From Candidatus Adlerbacteria bacterium RIFCSPLOWO2_01_FULL_51_16 (GTDB lineage: Bacteria; Patescibacteriota; Minisyncoccia; Phycocordibacterales; SBAW01), in NCBI GenBank assembly GCA_001775485.1, contig MEWX01000003.1, positions 1 through 57,562 on the forward strand: a stretch of DNA of 57,562 nucleotides. Direction: 5' to 3'. The translations under genes and the position numbers were made by a program. Positions 54,666 through 57,562 of the stretch are shown piece by piece (the stretch's first letter is position 1; every line of letters starts with the position of its first letter). The notes beneath the pieces are model-generated. The model saw only the letters and a list, made by a program, of their open reading frames with translations, searched no databases and had not been told where the DNA came from.

Positions 54666-54778
54666 TTGAACCCGAGCCCCGTTAGAAACCCCACCAACAA
54701 CGATGATTAAGTTTATACTAGAGTTCGTAAGGGTTCTAACGGGGCGAGCTGAAAATAGGGTATCATAGTATTAAATAT

Positions 54779-55816
54779 ATGTCAAGCTCCTCAAAACCTT
54801 CCGCCAAAGTCTCTGACATCGATATCGAGGAGCAGAAACCAGACACCTTTCTTGACCAGACATTGCGTCCCGCTTCGTGGAACGAATATGTGGGGCAGGA
54901 GGGGATAAAAAACAATCTGCATATTTTGATATCTGCCGCGCGTGAGCGAGGGAGCCCGCCCGAGCACATTCTTTTTTATGGACCGCCGGGGCTCGGGAAG
55001 ACAACCCTCGCGCACCTTATCGCCCACGAATTAAAAGGGAGCCTGCGGGCAACCTCGGGTCCGGCAATAGAGCGAGTGGGCGACTTGGCGGCCCTGCTTT
55101 CAAACCTTTCGCCCGGTGACATCCTTTTTATAGACGAGATTCACCGCCTCTCGCGCGCCATCGAAGAGGTGCTCTATCCTGCGATGGAGTCGGGTGCGTT
55201 AAACATCATTATTGGGAAAGGCCCTTCTGCGCGCACTCTGGAGCTTCCGCTTCCGCCGTTTACTTTGATTGCGGCAACAACACGTGTTGCCGACCTCTCT
55301 GCCCCTTTGCGCAGCCGCTTCTCGGGTGGGACTTTTCGCTTAGAGTTTTATTCACAGGAAGATATCGAACAAATTGTTAAGCGCTCGGCAAAAATTTTAG
55401 GGGTGAAGATAGATAAGGACGGTATTAAAGAAATCGCGAAGCGCAGCCGCGCTACCCCGCGCACCGCCAACTATCTCCTCAAGCGAGCGCGCGACTTCGC
55501 TCAGCTCAAACGTGCCCCACTCACACAAAATTTGGTCGCCGAGGCACTTGCAATGCTTGAAGTAGATGTCTTGGGCCTCACCCCACTTGATAGAAAAATG
55601 CTGACGGCTTTAATTGAGCGCTTCCAGGGCGGCCCCGCGGGAGTAAACGCTCTTGCCGCGGCGCTTTCCGAAGAACCAGAAACTCTTTCCGAAGTCCACG
55701 AGCCGTTTTTGCTCCAGCTTGGCCTCATCGAGCGCACTCCACGCGGTCGCACCGCCACCCTCGCCGCCTACAAACACCTGGGACTTACCCCTCCCCGTGG
55801 CCAAACACTTTTGTAG
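54779..55816 (+). CDS. ruvB: Holliday junction DNA helicase RuvB
   Basis: 345 aa; [20 protein letters not shown], winged-helix C-terminus. Confidence 0.93.
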   Translation: MSSSSKPSAKVSDIDIEEQKPDTFLDQTLRPASWNEYVGQEGIKNNLHILISAARERGSPPEHILFYGPPGLGKTTLAHLIAHELKGSLRATSGPAIERVGDLAALLSNLSPGDILFIDEIHRLSRAIEEVLYPAMESGALNIIIGKGPSARTLELPLPPFTLIAATTRVADLSAPLRSRFSGGTFRLEFYSQEDIEQIVKRSAKILGVKIDKDGIKEIAKRSRATPRTANYLLKRARDFAQLKRAPLTQNLVAEALAMLEVDVLGLTPLDRKMLTALIERFQGGPAGVNALAAALSEEPETLSEVHEPFLLQLGLIERTPRGRTATLAAYKHLGLTPPRGQTLL

Positions 55817-55828
55817 TATAGATTCTAT

Positions 55829-56356
55829 ATGGCGGGACACAGCAAGTGGGCAAAGCTTAAACACACCAAAGGTAAGACCGACGCACAGAAGGCAAAACAC
55901 TTCAGCAAGCTCGTGCGGTTCTTGACGATTGAAATAAAAAAGGCGAAGGGCGACCGCACAGCGCCTGGTGTGCGCACCGCAATAGAAAAAGCTCGTGCCG
56001 CAAATATGCCCAGCGACAATATTGAACGCGCATTACAGAAAGCGGAAGGCGGGGGAGAAACCGAACAGGTAGTGTACGAGGCCTACGGCCCCGGCGGGTG
56101 CGCACTTATCATCGAGGGTTACACCGACTCACGTAACCGCACCTCAGCGGAACTAAAGCACCTTTTAGGTCTTCACGGCGGTACGCTTGCGAACCCCGGT
56201 GCCGCGATGTGGGCGTTCCAAAAAAACAATGAGGGAAAACTTGAGCCCCTCTCTCCCATTGAACTTGCGCAGGATGACATGCAAAAGCTCGCTGATTTGG
56301 TAGACGCGCTCGAGGAGCACGACGACGTGAATGATGTCTATACCAATGCCGCATAA
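55829..56356 (+). CDS. YebC/PmpR-family protein (short form)
   Basis: MAGHSKWAKLKHTKGKTDAQKAK N-terminus and a DDVNDVYTN C-terminus. At 175 aa it is shorter than the usual length of about 240 aa. Confidence 0.8.
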   Translation: MAGHSKWAKLKHTKGKTDAQKAKHFSKLVRFLTIEIKKAKGDRTAPGVRTAIEKARAANMPSDNIERALQKAEGGGETEQVVYEAYGPGGCALIIEGYTDSRNRTSAELKHLLGLHGGTLANPGAAMWAFQKNNEGKLEPLSPIELAQDDMQKLADLVDALEEHDDVNDVYTNAA

Positions 56357-56945
56357 ATCTCCACTCGGCAGCTTCCCGCGCGGGGTACACAGATTTTCTG
56401 CTAAAAATTTGCTCAATTCTCGCGCCGTCGCGCTCAAAAGCCCCCGCTTAGGGACTGGCTCGTTTCGTGTACTTGCGTTTGATCCAGGGTTCGAGCGCCT
56501 CGGTGTTGCCGTCGTGGAGCGCAAAAACGGAAAAGAAAAGCTGCTTTATTCTGACTGTGTGCGCACTTCTGCGGCATTGCCCTTCCACAAGCGTCTTGAG
56601 GCGCTCGGTACGGCGGCCGAGGTTTGTATTGCTACATACAAACCCGATGCGGTTGCTCTTGAAGACATTTATTTCGCAAAAAACGCAAAGACGGCGATGA
56701 AAATAGCCGAGGTGCGTGGCATGCTTATGTATATTGCGAGCACCCACAAGCTGGCTTTATTTGAATACACTCCCGCGGAGGTGAAAGTCGCTATAACCGG
56801 CTACGGTAAGAGCGACAAGGAGGCTTTAGCCCTTATGATTCCGCGTCTTGTAAGGTTGCCGGAGCGTAAACGTCTCGACGATGAGCTTGATGCAATAGCA
56901 GTTGGGCTCACCTGTCTTGCCTCAATACGAAAGATATCCACATAG
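56331..56945 (+). CDS. ruvC: crossover junction endodeoxyribonuclease RuvC (start codon uncertain)
   Basis: RVLAFDPGFERLGVAVV..., ...LEDIYF..., ...DELDAIAVGL are RuvC motifs. There is no canonical start near the conserved core. Upstream in-frame candidates are ATG 56331/56346 and TTG 56409. Confidence 0.8.
   Translation: MMSIPMPHKSPLGSFPRGVHRFSAKNLLNSRAVALKSPRLGTGSFRVLAFDPGFERLGVAVVERKNGKEKLLYSDCVRTSAALPFHKRLEALGTAAEVCIATYKPDAVALEDIYFAKNAKTAMKIAEVRGMLMYIASTHKLALFEYTPAEVKVAITGYGKSDKEALALMIPRLVRLPERKRLDDELDAIAVGLTCLASIRKIST
56380..56447 (+). repeat. structured 3'-flank repeat, copy B (24 nt after yebC stop)
   Basis: Closing helix GCGGGG/CCCCGC. Hairpin AGATTTT-CTGCTA-AAAATTT. TTCTCGCGCCGTCGCGCTCAAAAGCC matches copy A at 25 of 26 positions. 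Confidence 0.65.
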
Positions 56946-57037
56946 GAGCACTCGCGCGAGTTGCAAAGCGCCACAGGTTTGTTACAACACTCAACATTGG
57001 GACCTAAAAGCATATTAGTAGGTTAACGGCCAATACT

Positions 57038-57172
57038 ATGCGCGACGAGTTTGAGTTTGACGGTAAAATCCCCGGTGAAGACGTCGAGGAGAGCAACCTT
57101 GCGGAACTTGATGAGGAAACGGAGGAAGAAACGGAGGAAGTAAAGGATGACGAAGAGGAGGAAGAGGTATAA
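57038..57172 (+). CDS. possible 44-aa highly acidic peptide
   Basis: My translation: MRDEFEFDGKIPGEDVEESNLAELDEETEEETEEVKDDEEEEEV. Followed directly by a strong terminator. No clear SD. Confidence 0.3.
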   Translation: MRDEFEFDGKIPGEDVEESNLAELDEETEEETEEVKDDEEEEEV

Positions 57173-57174
57173 CT

Positions 57175-57202
57175 AAAACCCCCGCCGTACGGCGGGGTTT
57201 TT
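57175..57202. terminator. bidirectional intrinsic terminator
   Basis: AAAACCCCCGCC-gtac-GGCGGGGTTTTT. Overlaps the tyrS stop codon. Confidence 0.75.
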
Positions 57203-57562
57203 AGTTAACTTTGAGAAAACGGTGTTTACCGATGCGCAGGGTGTCATTCGTTATTTCCTGATCAATACTTTCAATTTTCTTTCCGCTTACCACCGAAGAT
57301 ACCGCTCCCTGTGCTACTAAGCGCCGCAACTCGCTCGTTGATATATCTTCAACAATATCTCGAAGCTTGCCTCGGGCCACGTTAGGCGCCGCGCTTGGCG
57401 ATATGGAAGAGAGATCCCCATGACCTTCGAACAACGTTTCGGATTCTTGTTTTGCTTTTTGAGCTTCGTTTGCTCCGTGCACCAGCGCGGTCACTTCAAA
57501 CGCAAGGTTTTTTTGTGCCGCGCGTGAGGCAGGATTTTTACGTTGCTCTTCCATGGTCGCAT
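57201..57562 (-). CDS. tyrS: tyrosine--tRNA ligase, C-terminal part (runs off window end)
   Basis: ...AQKNLAFEVTALVHGANEAQKA... then an S4-like domain (SELRRLVAQGAVSSVVSGKKIE). The reading frame is open to position 57562. Confidence 0.75.
   Translation of the reverse strand, partial: ATMEEQRKNPASRAAQKNLAFEVTALVHGANEAQKAKQESETLFEGHGDLSSISPSAAPNVARGKLRDIVEDISTSELRRLVAQGAVSSVVSGKKIESIDQEITNDTLRIGKHRFLKVN

Overview
The window looks like a compact, mostly minus-strand housekeeping region. Gene content and synteny resemble a small-genome Patescibacteria/CPR (Parcubacteria-like) bacterium, but this is inference and no database search was possible. An AT-rich integrative element of about 13 kb interrupts the region.

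Housekeeping content:
- Translation factors and ribosomal proteins: efp, rpsR-ssb-rpsF, rplK, rplS, rpsT.
- Aminoacyl-tRNA ligases: metG, glyQS, ileS, argS and a partial tyrS.
- recO, and a dTMP-cycle cluster of CYTH-dcd-thyA-glyA with divergent folA.
- secE-nusG-rplK, mscL and polA-tsaE.
- A PilB-type ATPase, the full Holliday-junction set (ruvA, ruvB, ruvC, ruvX, yebC), a MurE-like ligase and eight tRNA genes.

The main item is an element spanning about 26.8-40.0 kb, inserted at the 3' end of tRNA-Leu(GAG). A large serine recombinase bounds it, and the last 20 codons of that ORF are antisense to the tRNA. The element carries a PrimPol/P-loop replication protein and a compact divergent promoter switch.

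Its cargo is a tightly coupled five-gene minus-strand operon. The order is an excisionase-type HTH, Type III Mod, Type III Res, a NucS-like PD-(D/E)xK protein, and an OLD-family ATPase-TOPRIM nuclease. The last two genes form the best candidate for an undescribed defence module.

Other signals:
- A family of about 65-85 nt three-helix structured repeats lies 15-26 nt downstream of four different genes, with compensatory base changes.
- Integration scars are present at tRNA-Arg(CCG) and tRNA-Ser(TGA).
- Three tRNA genes abut the start codon of the next CDS.
- Several ORF-free intergenic regions are strongly structured.

All protein calls rest on motifs I recognise in the supplied translations. 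No searches or folding programs were run.
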